Positions 45,805-56,530 of a DNA stretch of 64,000 nucleotides are shown piece after piece. Source of the stretch: the human T2T-CHM13v2.0 reference genome, Homo sapiens; assembly GCF_009914755.1 (NCBI RefSeq), contig NC_060947.1. One strand, written 5' to 3'. The notes beneath the pieces were generated by a model. The model did not search any database, had not been told where the DNA came from, and saw nothing but the letters and a program-made list of their open reading frames with translations. Every line of letters begins with the position of its first letter. Within the stretch, counting starts at the first letter, position 1. A program made the translations under genes and the position numbers.

Positions 45805-45886
45805 ATATACATATATATGTACATATATATGTACATATATATGTATATATATGGGATATATATATATGATTGATAGATAGATAGAT

Positions 45887-45932
<46 letters not shown>
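45805..45932. repeat. (TA)-rich plus (GATA)n microsatellite inside the 3' MLT2A LTR
   Basis: Directly visible. Confidence 0.95.
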
Positions 45933-45933
<1 letters not shown>

Positions 45934-47091
45934 CCTAGTAGTTCTGTCCTTCTAGAGAACCCTGACTAATAAGTAGGTGATATCTGAGGCTCCTGCCTAC
46001 AAAGCTGGTGACCACACATGCCATAATTGGTCACTACTTGAATCCTGCTTAACTAGGGTTGTGCTAGAGATTTCTGGTCACTATATCTAGCCTGGTGACT
46101 GTCATTTCCTGATTTTGGAAGACATACAAGTATTATTTTGTGATTTTTCCATCCCCTGGATAGATGGTCCTGGGAAAGGGATTTTGTGAAGTTTGCAGAA
46201 AGAAAAGGGACTACTATCCCAGGAATAATTAAGCATGAATCCCACGTTGCCTAATAGTCATTGCTGTTCATGTGAAGGTAGCCCTCTTGCCTGTCTCCTG
46301 TGATGCTGCTTCTCTTGCTGCTGTCACACGCATTCTCCTTATCCTCAAAGGTATTTAGATGCACATACATGGTGGCCCATGGTCCAGAAACTGCTGAGAT
46401 AAGAAAGGGAAAAGGAGTACATGGTTTTTACTAAACTGCTCCCCCAATGCAAAAACCCTGGCCAATATGCCTGAGGTTTTCTTAGCACTACGGTTTGCTA
46501 GTATGCAAGATGTTAATCTTTTAATCATGGAAGTTGATGTCTCTACCTAGGCCATAGACAAAATTAACTTACTGGATATGGACCCCGACCCTGGAAGCTA
46601 GTACTTCCTGGAGGAAGATGTGGCCATCTATGATGCATGCAACTAAGCACCCATATCTTTCCACCTAACCACCCAAAAAGTCCACCACATGGATGACTGG
46701 ACAGAAGCAGAAATTGAAAGCCACAGGATTATTTATCTAGAAATGCAAAAATATTCTGAAGAAATTTGTATAGACAAAAAAAAAAGAAGGAAATAGAGAA
46801 AACAGGAGGCCCACATGCTGTAGCCAGAGGATATATTCAATCTGAAGACTTCTGGATTTTGGATACAGCACTCTTCTGTTGTGCTCCTTTGCTTTCTAGT
46901 CTTCTGCTGCAACAAAGATCCTGATCCTCAGGGCTATAGAGAAAACACCCATGGCACCCCTGTGGCACAGTGAAAAGGTAAATTCAATCCAGATTTAAAC
47001 TCAGTTTCGTTAATCTCTAAAACACAATTATTACCATGAGGGTGGCCTATGACCCTGATGATACTGATTTGAGGCCCTCTCGAGGGAGACA

Positions 47092-47123
47092 TTTTTTTTT
47101 TTTTGAGACAGAGTCTCGCTTTG
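47092..47123 (-). mobile_element. Extremely 5'-truncated Alu (~19 bp + A13)
   Basis: T13-gagacagagtctcgctttg flanked by gagggagaca(ttt) 47082-47091 and gagggagacg(ttttt) 47124-47133. Confidence 0.88.
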
Positions 47124-47197
47124 GAGGGAGACGTTTTTAAATGTAAGCAAAGAAGAAAGGAATCTACCCCCAGCCAAGTATATACAGTGACTGATAA

Positions 47198-47298
47198 GGA
47201 AGGAAGGAAGGAAGGAAGGAAGGAAGGAAGGAAGGAAGGAAGGAAGGGAGAGAGGGAGGGAGGGAGGGAGGGAGGGAGGGAGGAAGGGAGGGAGGAAG
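47198..47298. repeat. (GGAA)12 followed by (GGGA)n homopurine tract
   Basis: 12 consecutive GGAA at 47198-47245. Confidence 0.97.
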
Positions 47299-47766
47299 AA
47301 ACCTGGACACAGTGGGAGGAAACAAACAAAATCTGAAATAAAGGTCCACAATTTTACCCAACCAGCAATTCACAATTTACTAAAATAATTTATACATCAA
47401 AAAGATAAAGGACACTGAATGGCTTTTACATCTTTACAACATAAGTTCTGAATTAACTTTATTATCTGGTGAAATACACCTTTTGGCAAACCTTCATAGC
47501 TTTAATACTGGGGCTTAAATTATGCTATGCCTGAAGATGCCATTAAATTAAAACATGGTGTCACCTATTATCTTAAGGGTGTTACTGAATATAAAATAGA
47601 GAGCAACTAGTTATATCTCAGAATGATTAATCTTAATCATCAGAATGATTGACTTGCCCAAATTCTCCATGCTGATAGCACCCATTGCCCTGAAACAATC
47701 CCACAATTGGCATGAATGCTCTAACTCAATGAGTAACAAATTAAAATCAAATTAAATATTTAGCAA

Positions 47767-48336
47767 TGTAAAACAAAAAGTGTCTGAGACAGGTCTCAAT
47801 CAATTTAGAGATTTATTTTTGCTAGGTTGAGGAGGTGCCTAGGAAAAAGAGACAAAAGTCACAGTAGGATTTGCGGCCATCACATTTTCCAAAGAGGGTT
47901 TTGAGGGCTTCAATATTTAAGGGGAAAAGGGCAGGCAGGAGGGGAAGGGGGAAAGAAAAAAAATGGTAGGCAGTGAGATAAGTAGTCACATTCTTGTGAG
48001 GCTTTGATTAGCGCTGACTGAATCCACGTGTTACATATGAATGGAGGAACAGTCAGTTATGCATTCGTCTTGGGCTCAGTAAATCTGCATTTATTTCAAG
48101 GTGAGCAGAGGGATGATTTCTAGTCTTGTCTTTGTCCCATAGCTGTGAAGATAAGCTGTTAATTTACATTTTCAGGGAGAGGGGGGCCACCTGAAGAGAT
48201 ACGTGGCCTTCTGTCTTGCAGCTATCTGTTTAGTAACAAGAGGAAGGGCAATGTTTTGCATGACTCAGTTTCCAAGATTAACTTTTCCCTTTGGCATAGT
48301 AAGTTTGGGGTCCTGAGATTTTCTTTTCTTTTCATA
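47767..48336 (-). mobile_element. MER4-family ERV1 solo LTR
   Basis: tctgagacaggtctcaatcaatttagag..tgactcagtttccaag..ttccctttggcatagtaagtttggggtcc; TSD gcaa/gcac. Confidence 0.88.
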
Positions 48337-49533
48337 GCACTTACAAATTGGATTGACAAAATTGGCCCAAATTGACACTTGCAGCTCAGTTAAAATAGTT
48401 AATATGGCTCACAGTACATTTAAAAATGGCTTTTAAGAATTGAAACCTATTCTACGAGACTTAATTAGTGAAAGGGTGATTATCGTCACTGCTTCTCCAT
48501 TTAACATCGAATTCTGGAAAGAATGAATGACACCTCATTGTAGATTAGTGCGACCGAATTCTACAAGCACATCTATTAAGACCCCCATATACAATATTAT
48601 TGAAATTACTGACTCCATCCATTAAATTCCTAAAAATTATTCAGTTAACCAAGGGCTGCTTCATTCCTGGCACCACCAAGGAACAGCTATTGATCCTCTC
48701 AGCACCCATCATGTTAATACAAGCAAAGTATTTTTATGCCTTTCTGGGATTTAGAGGCAATGTATTCCTCATTTATAAATTTTACTTAAACTCGCTTATG
48801 CTGTTACTTGCAAATCATTCCAACAAAGGCTTTACAGTTTGTTCAAATTGCAATATAACAGGCACTTTCATTAGGCCCTCAAGAATGCCTTCATTATAGA
48901 GGCTTTAGCAATCCCCTCTCGTTCCTCATGAGTTGCCCCAGGGCTTCTGATGCAAGAAACTACTCTCTTAAGCCCTGTACTACACGCCATTACAGAAGCA
49001 ATTATTAGTCACATAATTTGCTGTCCTGGAAACAGAGGCTTTCACAGACCCTGAGCCTGTGACCCTCTGTATTTAGCTGTCCACTATGTCTTGGGTAATG
49101 GAGGCAGCATCTTGCAAGCTTGGCATGGCTATCGAGGCCTCCTTGCTACTACAAGATGGAGCCAAACCTAGGCCCTCTGGCATACCTACCAGCAAGGGAG
49201 TAGGCTTCCATGTCTTCAGTCCCTTGCCATGGTGTTGGAGGAAGTCACTCCCTTCCAGATTTCTTGGCTACCTGAGAAGACTCTTTGGAGCAACTTAGTA
49301 AACAGCAATGGGATTTCATGGAGTTTACAGATGACATGGCCACCACTATATATGATGGAGCTCAGTGGAGAATTGCTGATTTTCATGTTTTAACTAGGAT
49401 GTCCCTGATAAAAGAATGGGATATATGGGTTAGCACATTTGATTGTACTTCAGGCAGTCATTATCACTAGATGCCCCAGCCAACAATTAGATCATTTTTA
49501 CAAACTCTTGGGCCATTGCCTAGGAGTTGCCCT

Positions 49534-49982
49534 CCATCGCGAGTTGAATTGTGTCCTCCAGAAAAGCTACGTTGATGTCCTAACGCCTCATATTTCAGAA
49601 TATGACTGTATTTGTAAATAAGATCATTGCAGATGTAATTAGTTAAGATAAGGTCACAGAGAAGGGTGGGCTCCAAATCCAATATGACTGGTTTCTTTAC
49701 AAGAAGACAGTCATGTGAAGACACAGAGACACAGGGAGAATGCTATATGAAGATGAGAACAGAGATTGAAGTTATGGTGCTACAAGTCAAGGAATGCCTT
49801 CCAAGCTACCAGACCTGCAAGAGGCAAGGAAGGATCCTCCCCTGGAAGCGTCAGAGAGAGCAAGGCCCAGCCAACACCATAATTTCAGACTTCTGTCCTA
49901 CAGAATTGCGAGACAATTAATCTCTGTTGTGTTAAGCCACCCAGTTTGTGGTGTTTGTGACAGTCCTAGTAAAAAATATATA
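49534..49982 (+). mobile_element. MLT1B/C MaLR solo LTR
   Basis: gttgaattgtgtcctcca..ttgcagatgtaattagttaagat..gaggcaaggaaggatcctccc..ttaagccacccagtttgtgg. Confidence 0.88.
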
Positions 49983-50184
49983 TATCTTGTTTGGACTAAA
50001 ATCTCTGGAAATTTCCTACCTCACAGATACTCAAAAATATAAATCAAGGTAACAGATTTGTCTATAAACACTAAGGCCTGGCCTTAGCTTAGGTGGCAAG
50101 TAGATGGCAGTGAGGAGATGACATACTAGGTGGCCACATGGGCACCTGCCCACAATCTATAGGGCACCAACCACCCTCCTCCAC

Positions 50185-51370
50185 ATGCATGGCTCTGGGT
50201 ACTTCTGGGAAGCTGCCAGTCTGGGCACAGCCTCCTTCTGGGCTATGAGAGTCCACAGCTTTTCCATATGCTGTGGCAATAAGAACCCGCTCAAGAAATT
50301 TGCCTCTGGAAAAAATAAATTGGTATAAAGATCCTTCCTAGGGATCTCACTTTATTTACAAACTATCCAATTCCTAATGAGGAATGTCTCAAAGAAAATG
50401 GAGAAGGAAGACCACATGCATCTACGGACTCTGAATGGCCTTGTTTATAAAGCATTGACAGATTTGCTGTGCACAAGTGAAGTGGGCAAATAGATCTATG
50501 ACCTGAACCTGAAGTTTTCCAAGACTTCCCAGCATGGCATGTATATTGGAAGACAAGTCTTTCTGCTGAACAGAAGGTGCACACAGAATCCATATTATAG
50601 GAACGCACTGCACATATGAGGCATCTTTTAATGTCCCAGCAGATCTTAAGGGATGTGCCACCTATATTGTTTGTGCAAGGCAAAGAAAATGCAGCTCTAG
50701 CAGTGATAGATTGGTTACCAGTAATTGCCAATTTGGGAACTCCAGATTAAAAAGAAGACTATACAAAATGAGTTCAGGAAATATAAGGGTCTGTTTAGAG
50801 ACTGGGCAGTCAATCATGGTCTGATGCCATGGAACGTGCCTTGCTCTCAAGTCTATGTAGAGTCAATCAGGAGGCACTCAACAAGCAAATAGTGAAATGC
50901 AAAAGAAAAAAAGGAAGCTTGAGCCCAGTGTGGCTGAAACAAGTACAGAAAGAGTTAGCTGAGTTAATGAAGCAAATGAAAAAAAAAAAAGGAAGGAAGA
51001 AAGCAAAGCTCTTCATAGATGGCGATATCTCCCCCAAGAATTTCCTGTGGGTTAGAATAAATGAATATAACCCAGACGATGGTGGTGCTTTTTTTTTTGA
51101 GGAGCCCTCACTGGAATATGAATATGAGCTACAAGAAGCAGAAGAGGGCTTGGAGGCAGAAAGAGAGGGTGACTAAAAGGGATAAAGTTCACCTGTTACA
51201 GAGCACAAAGGAAGTAAGTTTGTGAGGGATTAGCTCTGCGAATTAACTTTTGTGGGGGGTGAAGTGACACACACCAACAGCTGTATCAGAAGCACAGCCA
51301 CAGAATCCATACTACGTACTATGTTTACACGTAATTTGAAGTCTGCTTTGAAAATAAAAATAAAATAGAA
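50185..51370 (+). pseudogene. RBFA: Ancient processed pseudogene of mitochondrial ribosome-binding factor A
   Basis: Manual translation: [59 protein letters not shown] / [62 protein letters not shown]..; ORF 50829-51176 SSLCRVNQEALNKQIVKCKRKK..GRKKAK..LEYEY..LEAERE; colinear with recalled human RBFA, intronless, stops at 50491, 50598, 50748, frameshifts, A-rich end 51351-51370. Symbol is the parent gene. Confidence 0.9.
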
Positions 51371-51388
51371 AGCATCTGTATAAGATGG

Positions 51389-51478
51389 TATAAAATGTGT
51401 CTCACTTTGTCTTTTTAGCATATGTGAAGGGTAAAAGGAAGAGTACTGCTAAAAAGACAAAGTGAGACACATTTTATA
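51389..51478. repeat. Perfect inverted repeat, 32-bp arms with 26-bp spacer
   Basis: tataaaatgtgtctcactttgtctttttagca (51389-51420) is the exact reverse complement of 51447-51478. Confidence 0.97.
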
Positions 51479-51548
51479 AAATTAAAACTCCTGAGTGGTG
51501 TTGTCTGCAGTTCTGCCAATTAGATGTTCTGTTGTTTTTAATGAAGTT

Positions 51549-51611
51549 AAACATGGTTTACTTCATTTTTTTCCGACGCAGAATAGAAACTGAAAAACAT
51601 GGTTTACTTCA
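51549..51611. other. 29-bp insert flanked by a perfect 17-bp direct repeat
   Basis: aaacatggtttacttca at 51549-51565 and 51595-51611 around tttttttccgacgcagaatagaaactgaa. Confidence 0.8.
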
Positions 51612-53231
51612 GATGAAAGAGCCGTAAAGTTATTATTGTTTCCTCTCAAAACAGAAAGAATTGTTAAAAGCAGAAAAAGAGTCATCAAAATCCTCTGGAG
51701 TATTATTTAAATCAGTAAAAATTGTGGTGCAACCTACATAACTGAATTTAGAAAAACAGCTCAATAAATTATGGCATATCAGTACTTTAAGCTACTAAAC
51801 ATGCATTCAAAACTTGTAGAAACACCAAACATTATTCAAGATATATTAAAAATGAAGAGAGAATATGTAATTATCTATTCAGTGTAATTGCAGCTATATA
51901 GAAATACCTATAATTTGTGAAATGTGCAATAATAAAAAGTATTGTTTTATGTTAGTATTATATGTGAATTCAAAATACTTGACATTTTCTTCAATGTAAT
52001 ATCTTTAAAATAAAATGGTGATTACTAGCAAATTGGAAATACATAATTAAAATAATCGTTATAGCCTGAATTACTATTTAAATTCAGATACTACAGAATA
52101 GTGCCTCCCTAATAATTTCCACTAAAAATGATAGTACATAGAATTTTATCAATGAAACATGTTCTGTTAGTAGAGAGATCATCATAGGAAAAGTATTGTT
52201 GGTATCAAATATCACTATCCTGTACATCAAAATATTTTTTTAAAAAACAAATGAAGTAACTTATTGTCTCCCTAATGAAATTCTGGAAATTCATATTCCC
52301 TGACACAATGTTTATTCCTAGAAAATGTGATTAGAAACAACATAGAATTATCTTCAATAACCAAAATATTGCAGGGGGAAGGAGATGATAGTACCGAATC
52401 TCTTCTTTTTATATATATTTGTGAACTAGCAGGGAATTAAAATGCAAAAGCATAAGAGATGGCTTTATTTTTCATTAGAAAAAAATAAAATTGCATCTAA
52501 GAAATACATAGCTAGGAAGTGAATAGCAAGGAATTTAGTATGGTACTCAGAATGCTCTGCAGTTAAAAGACTTGACCATTTTTTATTTCACTTAGTGAAA
52601 TCTGTGAGTTTCAACCCAAATCAAATTTGAGATCAAATTTTAAGTCACCTGTACTTAAGGATTTCCCTCTGAAATAGCCACCTTTCTAACTCCAGAAGTT
52701 GCCTATTGCTACTCTTGTCCCATAAATTATATTGATTGAGTGATGTGTCAGAAAGGACAGGGCTACAGTTCCAAGTACGTGGTACACAGAGATCAGCCAA
52801 CCATTTATGAATGTTAAACAGTCAATCAATATTCTTGATTCTGGTGAGGTTCATAAATTTGTACTTTCAAAAAATAATAAGCCACTGTGCATTATTTTCT
52901 CATACAGAAGTCTCTATCATTACTTTCCAAAAGTCTCTACACCACTCCTGATTATCTTCTTTGCTTAGGAAAAGTGCAGAAAAGTGTTCTTTCTTATGTT
53001 CCTTAGACAAAGTGGCCATTTCTCTTTTCATGGCTTATTTCTAGAACTTATAAAAACTTTCAGTGGATGATGTCAAGGTATTCTCAGCTGATTCTCTCAT
53101 ACATCTAGTATTTCATTTCTCTGATCATAGCAAGTAGTCTCCAAGGTGAGAAAAAAATGCTTTCTTGGTATTTTTGTAATTTTCAGTTACCCGCTCTCCT
53201 TCAAACTACATTCCTTTGCTTTTAATGAAGC

Positions 53232-53504
53232 TTTTTAAAAAATAAAGACAGGATCTTTCTCTGTTGCCCAAGCTGGAATCCGATGGTGCAATCACAGCTC
53301 ACTATAACATCAAACTCCTGGCTCAAGCGATCCTCCCACCTCAGCTTCCTGAGTTACAAAGACTGTGGGTGCGCCCCACCATGCCCAGCTATTTTTTTTT
53401 TTATTTTTGTAGTGAAAGGGTCTTGAACTCCTGACTTCAAGGGATCGTCCCGCCTCGACCTCCCAAAGCACTAAAATTACAGGCATGAGCCACCGTGCTC
53501 GGCA
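53232..53504 (-). mobile_element. AluJ with small internal deletion
   Basis: aatcacagctcactataacatcaaactcctggctcaagcgatcctcccacctcagc; TSD ttaatgaa. Confidence 0.9.
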
Positions 53505-53794
53505 TTAATGAAACAACACCAAAAAAAAAAAGCTATCACCTCACCTCATCAAGAGGTTTTTAAATAATTCAAAAGTAAATATCCCAATATTATTCCAATC
53601 ATAGTACTTAGGGCATGGTGTACAATAAATGTCGGTGAAATTAGTAAAATACACCTGCTATCCTTTTCCACCTCACTCTCACCTGAATCCTCATAATATA
53701 ACACAGTTTTTCATATATTTTTATGATATTGATAATACTTTGTTCTGCTTTATACTAATTTTCTGTTTTCATACTATCTCTCATTAAGGCATCT

Positions 53795-54010
53795 GAATAT
53801 AATAGAGAGGGCATAGGGTTAAGATTTAGACAGGCAGATGACATTCGGATTCCACCACTTAGTCCCTGTGTGACTTTAAATAAGCTCTTTCATCTCTCTG
53901 AGCCTCAATTTCATCATGTATAAAATGGAGATAGTTATACTTATCTGATAAAATTCTAAGAATTAAATGAGATGAGCATGCAAGTTGGTCAATAAATGTT
54001 TCTTAGTATC
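53795..54010 (+). mobile_element. MIR
   Basis: ccaccacttag..ctgtgtgacttt..ctctctgagcctcaatttcatcatgtataaaatggagata. Confidence 0.85.
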
Positions 54011-55164
54011 TTATCTATCACAAATTAGACTATGAGAGTTTTGTCCATTGTATCATTTTTTAACGTGTTTTTTTTTTAACTCTTCCTCTCCTCTTAACCA
54101 GTAACTTAACACAAGGCATATGTTTAACTAATGCTTACTGAATAAAGGAATTCTATGTAGGTATATCTGTCTTAAAGACAAGAATGCCGTCATAATATGA
54201 ATATTTTCATATTAGTTAACAATTATTGATTTATTTCTATGTGCTAGTTCCTGTAGCAAATGATTAGATGCTCTATTTTATATGTTGTGGTCTCCTACAG
54301 CAACTTCCTACGATATTCAGAAACCAAGCATTTTATTTATTTAACAAAATCTATGAATGTTATTACTTGAAATTGATATAAAGTGAAATATTTTTATCAC
54401 AATGCTTGAAGAAATGTGGTATTTGGTCAGGTAAAGGTCATTTAACAATTTATGACTACAGTTGGATGGTGCAAATGATCTCGTATCAAAATATACCAAA
54501 TGCCCTCACACTCCCCTATTAAAGTATAGGTATAAATAAGGTTCTTTCCTCTCAATTTCTTCTTGTTCTGTATTCTAGATTACTGCCCCCAACTCCTCAC
54601 CCTAAGCTGAGTAAAAAGAAAGTATTTCATAAATAACTATATTTAGAAATTCCTAAAACCTGTTTTATGAAATTCTATGTCAAACTTTGATATCCTTCTT
54701 TTCTATTTTAAGTGTAATGGATTGTATTAAAGCAAACAAACAAAAGAAAATACCAATATTGTTAAGCAATTCAGATATCTGCCTCACAGGGCTCTTGCAA
54801 ACTTCATGGTTGACAACTGCAGGCAAAATAAAGGCTATGTCTACATCTAACCACATGATACTGTGTGCATTAATCATAAGCATCATGTTTTTGCTAGTTC
54901 CGTTTTCCTTGGCATCTTAAATATTTAATATCATGCTTCATCAAGAAGGAAGGGGCATTTAAGTGATATTTGTTTACTAGGTTTTGGGAATTTGTGTTTT
55001 TATTTTTTGTTTCCAAATTGTTTGTTTTGATAGATTTAATTTTAACTGTGTCTCTTAGGGCCATGTGTTACAAGCTAAAATAAGATTGAACTCTTTTAAC
55101 CTAACTCCTGAATTTTTTTCCCATTCAAATGAATTAGACTGCTGGCAGGACAGAATTTCTAAAA

Positions 55165-55430
55165 TAGTAATAATGATAATAGTAATAACAGTGATCGCTT
55201 ATTGAGAACATATTATATCTCAGGCACAGTTCTGAGTGCTTTGCATGGGTTATTTTATTTAATTACCTCACATAAATCCTGTGAGGTAGGTAATATTGTT
55301 ATCCCCCCATTTTACAAATGGAAAATACAACACAAGGAAGTTCAGCAACTTGCCCAGTGTCGGAGCTAGCAAAGGGTAGAGGTAAACGTTAAATATCAGG
55401 CAGTCTTTCTCCAGAGATACTACAGCACCA
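55165..55430 (-). mobile_element. MIR
   Basis: tttattgagaac..cctgtgaggtaggtaatattgttatcccccattttacaaatggaaaa..caacttgccca. Confidence 0.88.
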
Positions 55431-55994
55431 GTTTCACACTAGTGTTGAAAAGAATTCAGGATCCTAGTTAGGAAAATGCCAGATAACCTATCTTATAATA
55501 GTATCTTATAGTAGTACTTTATAGTACTGAAACGTTGTTTTGCACTAATCTCAGTAACACTAGACTGTGAGCTCCTCAAAAGCAAAGAGCATTTCTTATT
55601 AATCTGAGTCCACAGCTTTAAGATGCTTGCCGCATAAAGACTGCTGAATCAATACCACACAAGGCAATCAAACAATAAACAAATGCAGTGTTGAAAATGC
55701 CATTTTCATAGGGAAAATCAGTCAGAAGACGCCCTAATTTGGTATAACTATTTTCATGAAGATAACTTGATTGCAGAGCAATGAACAGTGTTCCTTCAAA
55801 GATGATTCACAATATAATTCTGGTATTACAAAGGAAGTTTACAGACCTGTGGCCTCCCTGGAGTTGGATACTCATGGCGAATTTCCAAGAAATTGAAAGC
55901 GAAAAAGCAACTGTGAGGGCTTAACATTTTGAAGACTAAAACAGATGAAATTTGGTGGTGTAGCAACATACTGATCCAAAGCAACAAGCAAATT

Positions 55995-56530
55995 TATTTA
56001 TTCATGTATTCATTCAAGAAACGTATGTTGAGTGCCCACTGTATGCAAGATACAGTTCTGGGTGCAAAGGACACAGTGTGAATAAGAAAGACAAGGTTCC
56101 TACCTCGTTGTACTTATATCTAGAAGAAGCCAAACAGTATACAAATATACAAGCACATATATGGTATAATGTCATATACTGGTAAAAATTAATAAGAAAT
56201 TAAAATATGCCAGTTGGAAAGAGAGTGACTATGGGTGCCCAACTTTACAGAAGGATGATAGGTAGCATCCACATTAAAACTTGAAAGTACAATGTCTAAA
56301 TACCCTGAGGCAGGAAAGAGTTTATCCTTTTCAAGTAGCAGAAAGCAGGCAGGGGTGGCTCTAGCAAAGTAAATGAGTGCAAGACAGGAATAACATGAGG
56401 CCAGAGAGGCAGGAAGGTTCTATAAGTTTACAACTTACAGAATCTTGTAAACCATGGTAAAGATTTAAGATTTAATTCTAATGATAGCAAGGATCCATTG
56501 GTGGATTTCAATCAGGAAAGTGATAGTATC
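55995..56530 (-). mobile_element. L2 3' region
   Basis: ttcattcaagaaacgtatgttgagtgcccactgtatgcaag..gtaaaccatggtaaagatttaagatttaattct. Confidence 0.75.

Larger units (their letters stand above)
43103..45972 (+). mobile_element. HERV-L provirus with MLT2A LTRs (43103-43693, 45423-45972), internally deleted
   Basis: LTRs tgtgatggtt..ctaataca; TSD GTAGG 43098-43102/45973-45977; gag start MENIDSPWHELFRELCKINAFDT, integrase core (ggtggcaggttgattatattggacct = WQVDYIGP), dUTPase LEVLVPEGGMLPPGD..PLNWKLRLPPG; PPT aaggggtgga. Confidence 0.95.
42633..50180 (+). mobile_element. Old ERVL provirus remnant (MER54/MER74-like partial 5'LTR to ~42816, then decayed internal gag/pol), host of nested elements; no 3'LTR seen
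   Basis: LTR end cagccatcgccataaccctatggtgggaattcc..gggtgaattggagatgactaaacca followed by PBS-like attggtatca; RNase H-like FTDD..GAQWRIADFH in ORF 49285. Confidence 0.6.

Noticed and set aside
46934-47373. Pro/Ser/Phe- or Glu/Gly/Arg-rich ORFs
   Set aside because: Translation of the GGAA/GGGA microsatellite and Alu stub
50363-50731. 122-aa minus-strand ORF
   Set aside because: Antisense shadow of the RBFA pseudogene
50829-51176. 115-aa ORF as a novel functional protein
   Set aside because: It is the C-terminal part of the disrupted RBFA pseudogene; no promoter or splice evidence
51573-51592. Insert core as mitochondrial COX2 or L1 5'UTR derived
   Set aside because: Only ~10-nt or gapped resemblance; not distinguishable from chance
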